Below, in pieces: positions 29,801-38,109 of a stretch of DNA of 64,000 nucleotides. The position numbers and the translations under genes are program-made. Numbering within the stretch: the stretch's first letter is position 1; each line of letters begins with the position of its first letter. Origin of the DNA: Phycisphaerae bacterium (GTDB lineage: Bacteria; Planctomycetota; Phycisphaerae; UBA1845). Location: contig CAXXGO010000001.1 in NCBI GenBank assembly GCA_963666835.2, positions 608,001-672,000 on the forward strand. The letters are read 5' to 3'. The notes beneath the pieces are model-generated. The model was not told the origin of the DNA and did no database searches. It saw only the letters and a program-made list of their open reading frames with translations.

Positions 29801-32342
29801 CATCGACGCGTGGTTCGATGACGATGATGCCGAATACTCTGCTACTATCGATCTGGATCTGTCCGAGGAACATACCATAGAGATGAAGTATTACCATAGC
29901 GACGGACCGGCATTTGCGCGCCTAAGTTGGCAACCTCCGGGCCGGAGTAAGGAGATTATACCTCTTCTGAATCTAACTGCCGGGGGTGACTGCAACGACA
30001 ATGATAGGCCGGACGACTGCGATCTTGCGGAGCATCCTGAATGGGATGCCGACGGGGACGGAATAATCGATGAATGCGTGCTCGTAGATTGTAACGGAAA
30101 CGGGATTCCCGACTACCGCGATATAAGGTCGGGCTTCAGTAGCGACTGTAACAGTAACGGCATGCCGGACGAGTGTGAGACCGCTCTCCTTCGAGTCGAC
30201 GGTTTCGCGTCGGATTCGGCACAAGAAGGCAGCACGCTGGGCGGCGACGTGATTGCCTTTACCGGTTGGGGTTTCCAGTCGGGAATGAAGGTCGTCTTTA
30301 CCGATGGCCATCATCGCGTTGAGCCGCCGCCGGAGGGCGGGGTGATTGCCTCCGATGGCGGCGAGCGTCTGGAGGTGCTGGTCCCGTCCTTTGCGCCGGG
30401 TTGCAGGTGCGGGAGCGACCAGCGCTTGCCGGTGAACATTGAGTTCGATAACGGGTGTGCTGCGGATGACTTGAATCGTATTGCTGAGCGGTTCGCGTAC
30501 ACCGTGTTCAGGAGGCTGGTCAACCCGGGTGAGGATGTCCAGGCGGCCATCGCTGGGGCCAGCGAGGGTACCTGTATCGTGCTCGCAGCGGACGCGAATC
30601 ACCTCGGCCCGGTGCGTATCTCGGCACCGAAGCGGCAGGTGTCGTTAACCAGCGCCTATCCCGATACACCGGGGCGCACGCAACTCGACGGCGGGTACAC
30701 GCCGCCCCCGTCACCGCACGTGTCGGATCCTACAGTCACGCTCGACGGGTGCGATGACAGCGTGTGCCTGAGTGGGTTGAATATCATCCTGGGTAACGGC
30801 GGAGTTGAGATCAAGAACTCGGCAACGTGCATTGTGTCCGGGTGTTTGATCGATGACAACATATCGAACAGTGCCGAGCGAGGGGGTGGCGTCACTATTC
30901 GTGACGGCGCTACGCCGGTGCTTGTCGGAAACGTGATTGCGGTGAATACGAACGAAAGTACCAAGGGTGGAGGAGGTGTCCGGATCGATGAGGCCGGCGG
31001 CGTCCTGGTGGGCAATACCATTCAGGGCAACAAGGTCCCTAAAGAAAGTGACGGTGCCGGCATGTACTTGTCGAGTACGTTCGCCGAGCTTGTCATTGCG
31101 GACAATGTTATACATGGAAACCAAAGCGCCTTTGCTTGTCCGGCACTATCTTCACCCCAGATAGAAGAGGACTACGACGGTGGAGGCGTGTATTGGACCG
31201 GAGAAGAAGACAAGCCCGGAATGGGCGTGCTTCTTCGGAACCGGATCGTTGAGAATACCAATTATAAGGGCCAAGGTGTCGGCCTCTTCCTGGATACTGA
31301 TGTCGCCCCGACTATTGCGGGGAATGAAATCGCAGCGAATCGGGGCCTTACTGAGCATTCGCACGGTGGAGGTGTCCTCATCAATGAATTCAACCGCAAC
31401 GCGTTCGATTTCTGCAATAACTGGGTGCATAATAACGAGGCGCATTTCGGTGGTGGTATTGTCATTCTGAAGAAGAACCCGGTGAATATGTTCCAGAACC
31501 TTGTTTACTGCAATCGCTCGGTGTTGCGGGATTGTGACCTCTTATACAACCCGCCCTGGTATGCGCCCGGCGTTTATATCGACGATGCCTCACCGACGGT
31601 AACACGCAACGTGATTCATGGGAACACGGGCGGTGATCCGTCCATGAGGATGATTCAAGGTGGAGGATTACACTGCAACGACTTGGCTACGGGAGACCCC
31701 TTATTCTGGGATAATATCTTATCCGAGAACGACGGGTGGGAGGTTTATTCCAACCTCTCGCTGGCGGGCCCGCTCGATATGCCCATCGATTGGAACATTG
31801 GGTTTGACGCAAGTGATCCCGAGCACATTTTCTCTCCCGAGTCGGAACCCGGTCCGTATTGTACTGTGGAGGATCCGCTCTTGTTCTCGCCGGGTTGCGG
31901 CCCGGCTGACCCCTGGATGGCTTACAGTGTACTGGACGGCTCACCGGCTATCTGCACTGCGAGCGACGAATGTAACCGTGGGGCAATACAGGCAAGCTGC
32001 CCGGGCTGTGCTGCGGAACCGTGTGTTCCTATTGGTCCAAATGACTGCAACAAAAACGGAATTCCAGATAATGCCGATCTTCTGGCCGGGAATTCGGCGG
32101 ACGAGAATCTCAATGGAGTTCCAGATGAATGTGAACGCCCTGGAGATCTCAACCAGGACGGACACGTGGATGGCGCCGATTTCGCGATCTTCGCCGGCTG
32201 CTTCGCAGGGTGCGGCACGGCCTCGCCGCCCGTTGGGTGTAGCCCGACAGACTTCGGACACGCGGATGTGGATCGCGACTTCGATGTCGACTTGGGGGAC
32301 TTCGCGGTGTTCATTGGGAGCTTCGACGGTGGCGGTGAATAG
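26883..32342 (+). CDS. Giant secreted multidomain protein: GGFW module, lectin-like jelly roll, 3x PA14, DCNxNG repeats, IPT/TIG, right-handed beta-helix, dockerin-like C-terminus
   Basis: AGGAG RBS; TIAGGGG...GTIGQ.DA...LTGGFW; three GLIGTY...FS.RW.G...LSWQPPG units; N..GGG beta-helix repeats; GDLNQDGHVDGADF...DVDRDFDVDLGDF. Confidence 0.85.
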   Translation: MFGDARLLSLDPRVSALIAGVLLAPSLAIGEPRLRIERHTIAGGGGTSSAAALLLRGTIGQWDAVRASSTGGSRTLALTGGFWPRECQPGECNVPRTIRVSSSDPGWAYGGSSALSGSLPTQLAALNSGPPPFDESSWVVIDESPPGVRKNWNGDVLNEGFRCSCDGIIDEDTLAECETFLREPYDQSYVSAIEYMYDVDEVTYDNCSSAFYRWVFDLPEDLFQVAISGWANVDDQGVVFLNGHRLTGAMTIPGFKNCAPDAQCHDLRSCKPCITGMGDPGCMACDPDPNCSFRDACYSSQDSWPGDREDDDPVGARGTSILTWPVAGRFSTSERAHFRPGQNELVFAVAGDAQWLEPTGLEFSAVVYYDPDCNLNDRLDSWDIRDAVSPDYNTNGIPDECEGQDCDGDGISDNVEIATAGSRDDDLNYMPDECEIPGEEKGLIGTYYDDVDSTGLAMARIDPYVNHAWGSEAPWPTFSPESFSVRWEGTVKTTAERGSYTFYTMTDGGESLWIDGQLLIDESEDQSAIEHQQAIQLREDTEYSVVMEYYSVSDNAFARLSWQPPGHEKEIIPEDNLRPFPDCNGDGVTNQLDIARGRSLDCNANGRPDDCDVDSEFKSDCNGNGMPDDCEVEVRNGLIGTYFDGYNHGTGEFIGERRARLDETVDWEWDGRPWPAFAADELGVQWEGRLLTGDNAGSYNFFTLAQDGVWLTVGGFLVIGEWADHAEVTEYSGAIWLDAYTEYLISFEYYDSAGPATAVLSWQPPGETKVVIPSSHLLTGGDCNNNGLPDKCDIESGYSHDCDFSLIPDECENDCNDNGFEDSCDVAEGTSEDCNANGVPDECEGGLGYAEDCNNNGIPDECEIDRVPDPENPDEPERDCNTNRYLDMCELVPQEGLIGTYYDAINFAGKARGRNDASVDFYWGDSAPWYGYGPDTFSIKWVGGLRNLPASGTYTFYTETDAGERLWIDGQLLIDAWFDDDDAEYSATIDLDLSEEHTIEMKYYHSDGPAFARLSWQPPGRSKEIIPLLNLTAGGDCNDNDRPDDCDLAEHPEWDADGDGIIDECVLVDCNGNGIPDYRDIRSGFSSDCNSNGMPDECETALLRVDGFASDSAQEGSTLGGDVIAFTGWGFQSGMKVVFTDGHHRVEPPPEGGVIASDGGERLEVLVPSFAPGCRCGSDQRLPVNIEFDNGCAADDLNRIAERFAYTVFRRLVNPGEDVQAAIAGASEGTCIVLAADANHLGPVRISAPKRQVSLTSAYPDTPGRTQLDGGYTPPPSPHVSDPTVTLDGCDDSVCLSGLNIILGNGGVEIKNSATCIVSGCLIDDNISNSAERGGGVTIRDGATPVLVGNVIAVNTNESTKGGGGVRIDEAGGVLVGNTIQGNKVPKESDGAGMYLSSTFAELVIADNVIHGNQSAFACPALSSPQIEEDYDGGGVYWTGEEDKPGMGVLLRNRIVENTNYKGQGVGLFLDTDVAPTIAGNEIAANRGLTEHSHGGGVLINEFNRNAFDFCNNWVHNNEAHFGGGIVILKKNPVNMFQNLVYCNRSVLRDCDLLYNPPWYAPGVYIDDASPTVTRNVIHGNTGGDPSMRMIQGGGLHCNDLATGDPLFWDNILSENDGWEVYSNLSLAGPLDMPIDWNIGFDASDPEHIFSPESEPGPYCTVEDPLLFSPGCGPADPWMAYSVLDGSPAICTASDECNRGAIQASCPGCAAEPCVPIGPNDCNKNGIPDNADLLAGNSADENLNGVPDECERPGDLNQDGHVDGADFAIFAGCFAGCGTASPPVGCSPTDFGHADVDRDFDVDLGDFAVFIGSFDGGGE

Positions 32343-32759
32343 AATCGGGCGGCCCGAACCTTCGGGGGTCTGGGAACGTAACGCCCGGGGCATCGGGAAG
32401 GTCTGAGTGGCCCACCCGCAATCTCGGTGAGAGCAATATTGTCACCGGGCAGGGAAGTCCGGCGTCGCGAGCAAGCGAGATGAAACGGAAGGTCCTCACT
32501 GGAGAAGAGACATGGGAATACGGAAACCAGGTAGGAGACGTGTTATCCAGGCGGTGCTCCTCGGAGGCGCCGCCTTGGCGGCCGGCATCGGCCCAGCGTT
32601 GGCGTCGCAACCAACGCGTCTGTCGGCGGCGTGGTAAGCTGGGTCTGCCGAACCGGTGGCTTGCCGCGTGCATGGGGCCGCACGCGAAACGAGAGGTTGG
32701 GAGCAGGCGCGGTGCGGCGCCGGATCAGCTCTGGTGGCGCGTATGAGGCATTGACTCTG

Positions 32760-33152
32760 CTACTCCGGCAGGTTCTCCGTATATCTGCACCGAGGAAACT
32801 TGCTGCAACCGAGAAACTGGCCATACGGTCCGTTGCGCGGAACGAGTTGCCCAGCGCAACCTGGCGAGGGACACGGACGTACTTCGCAGATCGGGATCCG
32901 CTGTCGATGCTTGCCGCGGATACAGATCGCGACGATCTCCTCCCGTTCCGTCAGCCCGACGTCCGTCACCGAGACTTCGACGCCCAGAACCGATGTGGAG
33001 AAGGGCAGCGCCAAGTGCTCCTCGATCATCGTGACGAAGCCGGTGACGGCCTCCGACTCGTCGTGGCAGTCCACCGTCGCTTCCTCGACAAGCGTAGCCA
33101 GTCGTCTCTTGCTCAACGACGGCCGCGTCGTTTTCTTCCGCCTTGCGGGCAT
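32760..33152 (-). CDS. CcbP-like (calcium-binding family) protein fused to a topoisomerase-type C4 zinc finger
   Basis: EEATVDCHDESEAVTGF...LALPF...QRIPI followed by CPSPGC..LVPRNGPYGQFLGCSKFPRCRYT; AGGAGAGG RBS. Confidence 0.65.
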   Translation of the reverse strand: MPARRKKTTRPSLSKRRLATLVEEATVDCHDESEAVTGFVTMIEEHLALPFSTSVLGVEVSVTDVGLTEREEIVAICIRGKHRQRIPICEVRPCPSPGCAGQLVPRNGPYGQFLGCSKFPRCRYTENLPE

Positions 33153-33200
33153 TCGCCCTCTCCTTGCCTCGTTCATCCCGAATCGAGTGTTGGCCGTCCT

Positions 33201-34121
33201 CTAAGCGAGCATCCATGGCCCACGCGGATCCCAGACGTACTGGAAATCGCTGTCTTGGCTGAGCGCTTGCGCGATGGGCCCGAGGAACTTCCCGACCTCC
33301 TCCACCAAGGTCGCCAGTTCGCTGGGCGCATCCTCGAGCTTGCTTTTTCGCAGAAAAGCCCGCCACTGCGTTCGCCGCGCGACCTCCGCCGCGAATCCTG
33401 CACTCAGCCCCACCGGCCGTTCAAGGATCGGAGTGTCACGATGCGTGCACGTCTTCTTGATGGCTTCCGCAAGGCGCGCCCCGTCGAATGAGAAGCTCCG
33501 CGAGAGCAGCCAGATGTCGAAGTAATCACGCAGGCGGCTGTTGAACATGCCGCGGTGCAGCATGACCTGGAACTTCTCAGCGACGACCGCCTCTCGCGGG
33601 TACGCCAGTAGTCTCGGAGCGGGGAAGCCAAGGAGTGTGGGGTAGTCTACCAGCGATGGTTCCGGCGTGATGACGTCGCCAAAGCCGACATCGACCTGCA
33701 TCTTGACTCGTGCCGTGCCGAGCTTGCCGTGGAACCGTAGTCGAACGCCTGCATAATCAGCCTCTTCCGTGATGGCGGCACCTGACACGCTTTCATCGTC
33801 AAACTGCAAGCCGTCGTCCTCTACGGCTTGCCGACAGATTGCGCGAACGATGGCCACAAGTGCTTCGGGCGCATTGCTCGTACGACCGAGCACGTCGATG
33901 TCCATCGTCGGGCGTACGAAGGGCGCTTCCCAAACTTGCAGCAGCAGCGCACCTTTCAAGACAAACCGATCGCCGTACTCCGATTCCGACAGGCGGTAGA
34001 GGAAACGCTCCATCGCAAAGTGCTGGAGCAGTTCATTGAACGGACGGTTGCTTCCTCGCGCCTTGTTGAGAAGTCGCTGGCGAACTGAGGCCGCGGTGTT
34101 CATAATATGCCGAGCGGTCAA
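33201..34121 (-). CDS. abiEii: Second type IV TA toxin, AbiEii-family nucleotidyltransferase
   Basis: ASVRQRLLN, ERFLYRL, FVLKGALL, RPTMDID, VDVGFGD, AEKF, NSRLRDYFD. Confidence 0.92.
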   Translation of the reverse strand: MTARHIMNTAASVRQRLLNKARGSNRPFNELLQHFAMERFLYRLSESEYGDRFVLKGALLLQVWEAPFVRPTMDIDVLGRTSNAPEALVAIVRAICRQAVEDDGLQFDDESVSGAAITEEADYAGVRLRFHGKLGTARVKMQVDVGFGDVITPEPSLVDYPTLLGFPAPRLLAYPREAVVAEKFQVMLHRGMFNSRLRDYFDIWLLSRSFSFDGARLAEAIKKTCTHRDTPILERPVGLSAGFAAEVARRTQWRAFLRKSKLEDAPSELATLVEEVGKFLGPIAQALSQDSDFQYVWDPRGPWMLA

Positions 34122-34735
34122 AGCATCGCTTCCAGATAAGGCCGCATGACATTCTGCACCCGGTCGATCCGTGCGTAACGCATCAGTTCATCAAGGTCGG
34201 GACGTCGGCGCTTGCAGTAGAACCGCAGCGCCTCCATCGCGACGTCGAGGCCGAGCTTGTTTCGGTACTTGAAGCAGTCCGCGATGGTTTTCTCGGGACA
34301 GAAGATGCGGACGGTCACATCGTCAATCGTATGCTCTTTGGCGCCTGCTTCCATGGCCTTGGCCGAAAACCAGTACACGCGAATCGGTGGAAACTCGAGA
34401 CGGGGAAGCTCCGTGTGATGCGGAAGTGCCACGGATACCTCGTGCGGGATCTGGGTCGTAAGTTCGTGGTGGGCAAGCGCCGAAATCAGGCAGATGACGC
34501 CGGCGCGCACTTTGAGTGCAACCGTGACGAGATCGGGATCACCGATTTCCGGCAGCTCGGCCAGCCGGTACAGCCCGCGCTCCAGACGTTCGAGGAACCC
34601 CGAATCTCTCAGCGCGTAGAGAGTCCGCGGGTGAACACCGGCGCGGATCGCCTCGGCCGTTCGGATCACGCCGCCTTGCCCTTGGCATAGCCTGCGAACG
34701 GCTTCCCGCTGGTTTTCTCGAATGCTCGTGCCCAT
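34118..34735 (-). CDS. abiEi: Second type IV TA antitoxin, AbiEi family
   Basis: RGLYRL, ICLISALAHHELTTQIP, EKTIADCFKYRNKLG, VMRPYLEA. Confidence 0.9.
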   Translation of the reverse strand: MGTSIRENQREAVRRLCQGQGGVIRTAEAIRAGVHPRTLYALRDSGFLERLERGLYRLAELPEIGDPDLVTVALKVRAGVICLISALAHHELTTQIPHEVSVALPHHTELPRLEFPPIRVYWFSAKAMEAGAKEHTIDDVTVRIFCPEKTIADCFKYRNKLGLDVAMEALRFYCKRRRPDLDELMRYARIDRVQNVMRPYLEAML

Positions 34736-34736
34736 G

Positions 34737-34784
34737 TGGACATAAATCCCGTCACTTGCCCATATGTAACGGTAATTCTATCCA
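34737..34784. promoter_or_regulatory. Imperfect inverted repeat immediately upstream of the second abiEi (candidate operator)
   Basis: Arms 34737-34755 and 34766-34784, 14 of 19 positions complementary. Confidence 0.55.
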
Positions 34785-34842
34785 TCAACCTTGGGAGGTC
34801 AACGCATGCCGGAGTAACCTGCTCAGAGAGGGTCCCAGAAGC

Positions 34843-35044
34843 ATGGGATGTCGACAAAGCCCGCGACGGCGACCTGGCCGCGATCAAGTTGCTGTTCGAC
34901 CGCACCCTCGGTCACACGCCTGATCCGCAGTTGCTCGACTTGCAGGATTTCAAGGAACGTGAGCTGGCTATTGCCAAGCAACGAGCCGAGGCGGCCATGG
35001 TAATGGCGGACGCGGCCGAGGAGAGGGCGTTGTTTTCAGACTGA
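34843..35044 (+). pseudogene. Fragment resembling the C-terminal part of phage DUF5681/small-terminase-like proteins
   Basis: KARDGDLAAIKLLFDRTLG motif; no convincing start. Confidence 0.4.
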
Positions 35045-35111
35045 AGGATCTTGTTGATTGTCGCGCCGTACGGGCGGACAATGGTCAACGCAGATAGTAG
35101 GAGCGACACCC

Positions 35112-35567
35112 ATGGAGAGTAGATTGGAGAACGCCGCGGCGCATATTACGAGGGAGATCCTCTCTGTCGCTCGCGATGCCGCTAGGGCCATTCTCGCCGA
35201 GGCGGACGATCACCCGACGATCACGGTGACTCCTGAGCTGATAAGAGCGCGGGATGAAGCCCTGATGTCGCTCATGACCTCGGACGATCCGGGGATCGTG
35301 AGTAGGGGGCTGCGGGAGATGGCCCTTCTGAACCGGGAACGTCTGCATATCCAAAAGATGGAATTGGACTTCGCCATAACGACCACCAAGCTTGTCGTCG
35401 ACCGCCTGGGCGTTCAATTGCTCAGGCAAGCCCAGGCGTCGCCACAACCGGCACGACTGGCCGCGGCGAAAAGCGACGAAGCCGCCGCAGATGATGCGAA
35501 GATACTGCCCCTGCGGGATACCGTCGAAACCACGCGAGCCGGATCCAATGCCAAGGCCGTGGCGTAG
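35112..35567 (+). CDS. Hypothetical helical protein
   Basis: AGGAG RBS before ATG 35112; plausible codon usage. Confidence 0.55.
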   Translation: MESRLENAAAHITREILSVARDAARAILAEADDHPTITVTPELIRARDEALMSLMTSDDPGIVSRGLREMALLNRERLHIQKMELDFAITTTKLVVDRLGVQLLRQAQASPQPARLAAAKSDEAAADDAKILPLRDTVETTRAGSNAKAVA

Positions 35568-36269
35568 GACGGCAAGAAGTCGTGCAAACGGGCGGGCTAG
35601 GGACCTCGCGGCTCGCGGCCGCCCGACCGGGCGATCTTCACCGTGCCGAGGGAGGCGATCGGAGCGGTCGCCGTTCGGCGGGCGGGAGCTCCGCCTGTTG
35701 TGAGACCCTGCAGGAGCCTGGGTCTGTCGGCGCGCTCGCCAGAGCGGCTTGTCGCGGCCTCGCGGGCATCTGCGGTTCACGTATGCCGTGCGGGCCAAGT
35801 GCGAGCGGGGCGCGCGTCACGGCATTGCGGGGCTGGAGGTCAACCGCGGCGACGAAGTCGCAGGATCGCCAATCTTACGGGCCTGAGGCGGGGCATGCGC
35901 AGGTAGCTGGCCCGCCCACGCCCCCCGTAAGCCGCCAGAGCCCCTCATGGCCGGTCGGTCCCTGGCCCCACGCCAGAACGAACCGAATTCCGCTAAAGTA
36001 GTACTGTTTTCACTTGGCGTCTTCAGCCAGCGTCCGGTAGTATGACAACTTGTCCATTGTGTAGCCCGGGTCGCCCCAGGAAATCCAGCCATCCCCAGCG
36101 GTCTCCGTCTGGGCCGAATCCGGCGACGGCGGCATGGTAATCGCCGGTGTCCGCGCCGAAAACCTGCGTTCCCCAGAGATAGACCTTGCCGAGTTCGTCC
36201 AGTTGCGGCGGCAGTTCGCACAGTGACGGGCAGGACAACGAGTAGATGGTCGTGGCGGACAAACGAGTC

Positions 36270-36461
36270 ACGCGGCAGGCGAACCATGAACTGGCGATAG
36301 CCCCAGTTCGTTACGTAGACGAATGCGTCGAAACATCGTTCCATGAGTTCAATCGGATCTCCGCGGAAATCGCCCCAGTGGTAGACGTTGACAAAACTCG
36401 TCGTCGTAATCTGAGCGCGTGTGGAAAGTCCGCGGAGCCAACGCATGTCGTGCTCGGATAG
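36270..36461 (-). pseudogene. N-terminal fragment of a conserved island-associated hypothetical protein
   Basis: LRGLSTRAQITTTSFVNVYHWGDFRGDP...FDAFVYVTNWG..FMVRLP matches a family I recall starting MSEYQYYEF; both ends missing. Confidence 0.55.
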
Positions 36462-36691
36462 CCGAGGTGCGGGTTGAGCGCGGGAACTTCTTCTCCCGGC
36501 CGGCGTCCAAGCAGGTGTGGTCCGGCGCATCTTCAGAGTTTCGCCTTTTTAGGTGCCGGAGGTCTTGTTGGGTCTGAATGGACTCTGTTCTTTGCTGCGC
36601 CGGCACTCTGTCCCGGCGCGACGGAGCGGCCGGGTTCTGTGGCCTCGGCGTGGGCGGAAGAAGGACCGCAATCACTTGATGGGAGGAACAC

Positions 36692-37468
36692 ATGAAAACC
36701 GGTGTAGTTGCAGTAATAGGCTTGGGGTTGGTGTTCGCGATAAGCGTGGCGGCCGCGCCGCGTTCGCTATACGATGCTGGGCAGAATAAGGAGGGATCCG
36801 GCGATCAGAAGAAGGTGCGGCCGTTTCAGAATGGGGCCGGACCGATCGTTGGGAATGTAGAACCCGGGCAGGACGAGTCGCCTTTAAAGCGAGGCCCTTT
36901 GCCCGGCAGCGATGAGGAGAAGCGGATCTTGAACGTTCTCGATGAGATGGACCGTAACGAGCGCCGGGGGATGATGAACGTCCCTAAGGAGGACGGCCGG
37001 TTACTGCGGGTATTGGCCGAGTCGATCGGGGCACAACAAGTGGTCGAAGTGGGGACGTCCAACGGATACTCGACGATCTGGCTTTGCCTGGCTCTGCGGA
37101 GTACCGGGGGGAAGGTGACCACGTTCGAGTATGACGCTCATCGCGCAGGCTTAGCCCGGCAGAACTTCAAACGCGCCGGTGTCGAGGGGCTGGTTACCCT
37201 GGTCGAGGGTGACGCCCACGTCGAGGTTACGAAGCTGACCGAGCCGATTGATCTGGTTTTCCTGGACGCGGATAAGCCGGGCTATCTCGACTATCTGAAT
37301 AAGCTTCTGCCCCTGGTGAGACCCGGCGGGCTCATCGTTGCGCACAACATGGTCAGCCCTGCCCCGGATCCGGCGTTTGTCGAAGCGATCACGACGAACC
37401 CGGGATTGGAGACGATATTCCTGAACATGGATGCCGCCGGTGTGGGCGTGTCACTCAAGAAACGCTAA
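36692..37468 (+). CDS. Class I SAM-dependent O-methyltransferase with N-terminal signal-like peptide
   Basis: GGAGG RBS; VEVGTSNGYS, GDA, FLDADK, RPGGLIVAHN. Confidence 0.92.
   Translation: MKTGVVAVIGLGLVFAISVAAAPRSLYDAGQNKEGSGDQKKVRPFQNGAGPIVGNVEPGQDESPLKRGPLPGSDEEKRILNVLDEMDRNERRGMMNVPKEDGRLLRVLAESIGAQQVVEVGTSNGYSTIWLCLALRSTGGKVTTFEYDAHRAGLARQNFKRAGVEGLVTLVEGDAHVEVTKLTEPIDLVFLDADKPGYLDYLNKLLPLVRPGGLIVAHNMVSPAPDPAFVEAITTNPGLETIFLNMDAAGVGVSLKKR
37439..37467 (+). repeat. 29-bp direct repeat, copy 1
   Basis: GGTGTGGGCGTGTCACTCAAGAAACGCTA, identical to 38081-38109. Confidence 0.95.
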
Positions 37469-37507
37469 GCGTTTCACGCGCGTTCGTAGTAATGTTACGC
37501 CGCGCTT

Positions 37508-38084
37508 GTAGGGCAGCGTCGAGGCACGAGACCTGCCGCGGTCCCTGCGCGACGCGTGCCTTTGTGGCAGGTCTCGTTCCTCGACCGTGCCCTACGTGGG
37601 TGGCATGGGCCAACTTGTTGGCTCGTGGCGTCGCATGATGCCGGGTATGCAGGTGCGTGTTCGCGCGAAGGTTGCTATTGTGGCGGGTCTTCGGGGGACG
37701 CGCGCCTTTGTGGCAGGTCTCGTTCCTCGACCGTGCCCTACGTGGGTGACCAACTTGTTGGCCCGTGGCGTCGCATGATGCCGGGTATGCAGGTGCGTGT
37801 TCGCGCGAAGGTTGCTATTGTGGCGGGTCTTCGGGGGATGCGTGCCTTTGTTGCAGGTCTCGTTCCTCGACCGTGCCCTACGTGGGTGACCAACTTGTTG
37901 GCCCGTGGCGTCGCATGATGCCGGGTATGCAGGTGCGTGTTCGCGCGAAGGTTGCTATTGTGGCGGGTCTTCGGGGGATGCGTGCCTTTGTGGCAGGTCT
38001 CGTTCCTCGACCGTGCCCTACAGTTCCTGCGCGGCGGGTGAAGTTGCGGCAGGTCTCGTACCTCGACCATGCCCTACGTGGGTG
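37508..38084. repeat. Composite REP array 1 (tandem units of 146/140/140 bp)
   Basis: GTAG-type REP (GTAGGGCACGGTCGAGGAACGAGACCTGCC) once forward at 37508 and five times reversed, alternating with the palindrome GGGTGGCATGGGCCAACTTGTTGGCCCGTG or its truncated form. Confidence 0.92.
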
Positions 38085-38109
38085 TGGGCGTGTCACTCAA
38101 GAAACGCTA
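38081..38109 (+). repeat. 29-bp direct repeat, copy 2
   Basis: Identical to 37439-37467; includes the stop codon of the convergent gene. Confidence 0.95.

Noticed and set aside
32645..32705. Integron attC site (GCCGAAC...GTTGGGA around a short palindrome)
   Set aside because: L boxes do not pair convincingly; no integrase or second site seen
37508..38084. Tandem repeats as a CRISPR array (also 43922-44401)
   Set aside because: Intervening sequences are near-identical rather than unique spacers, the period is 119-146 bp, and no cas genes are present
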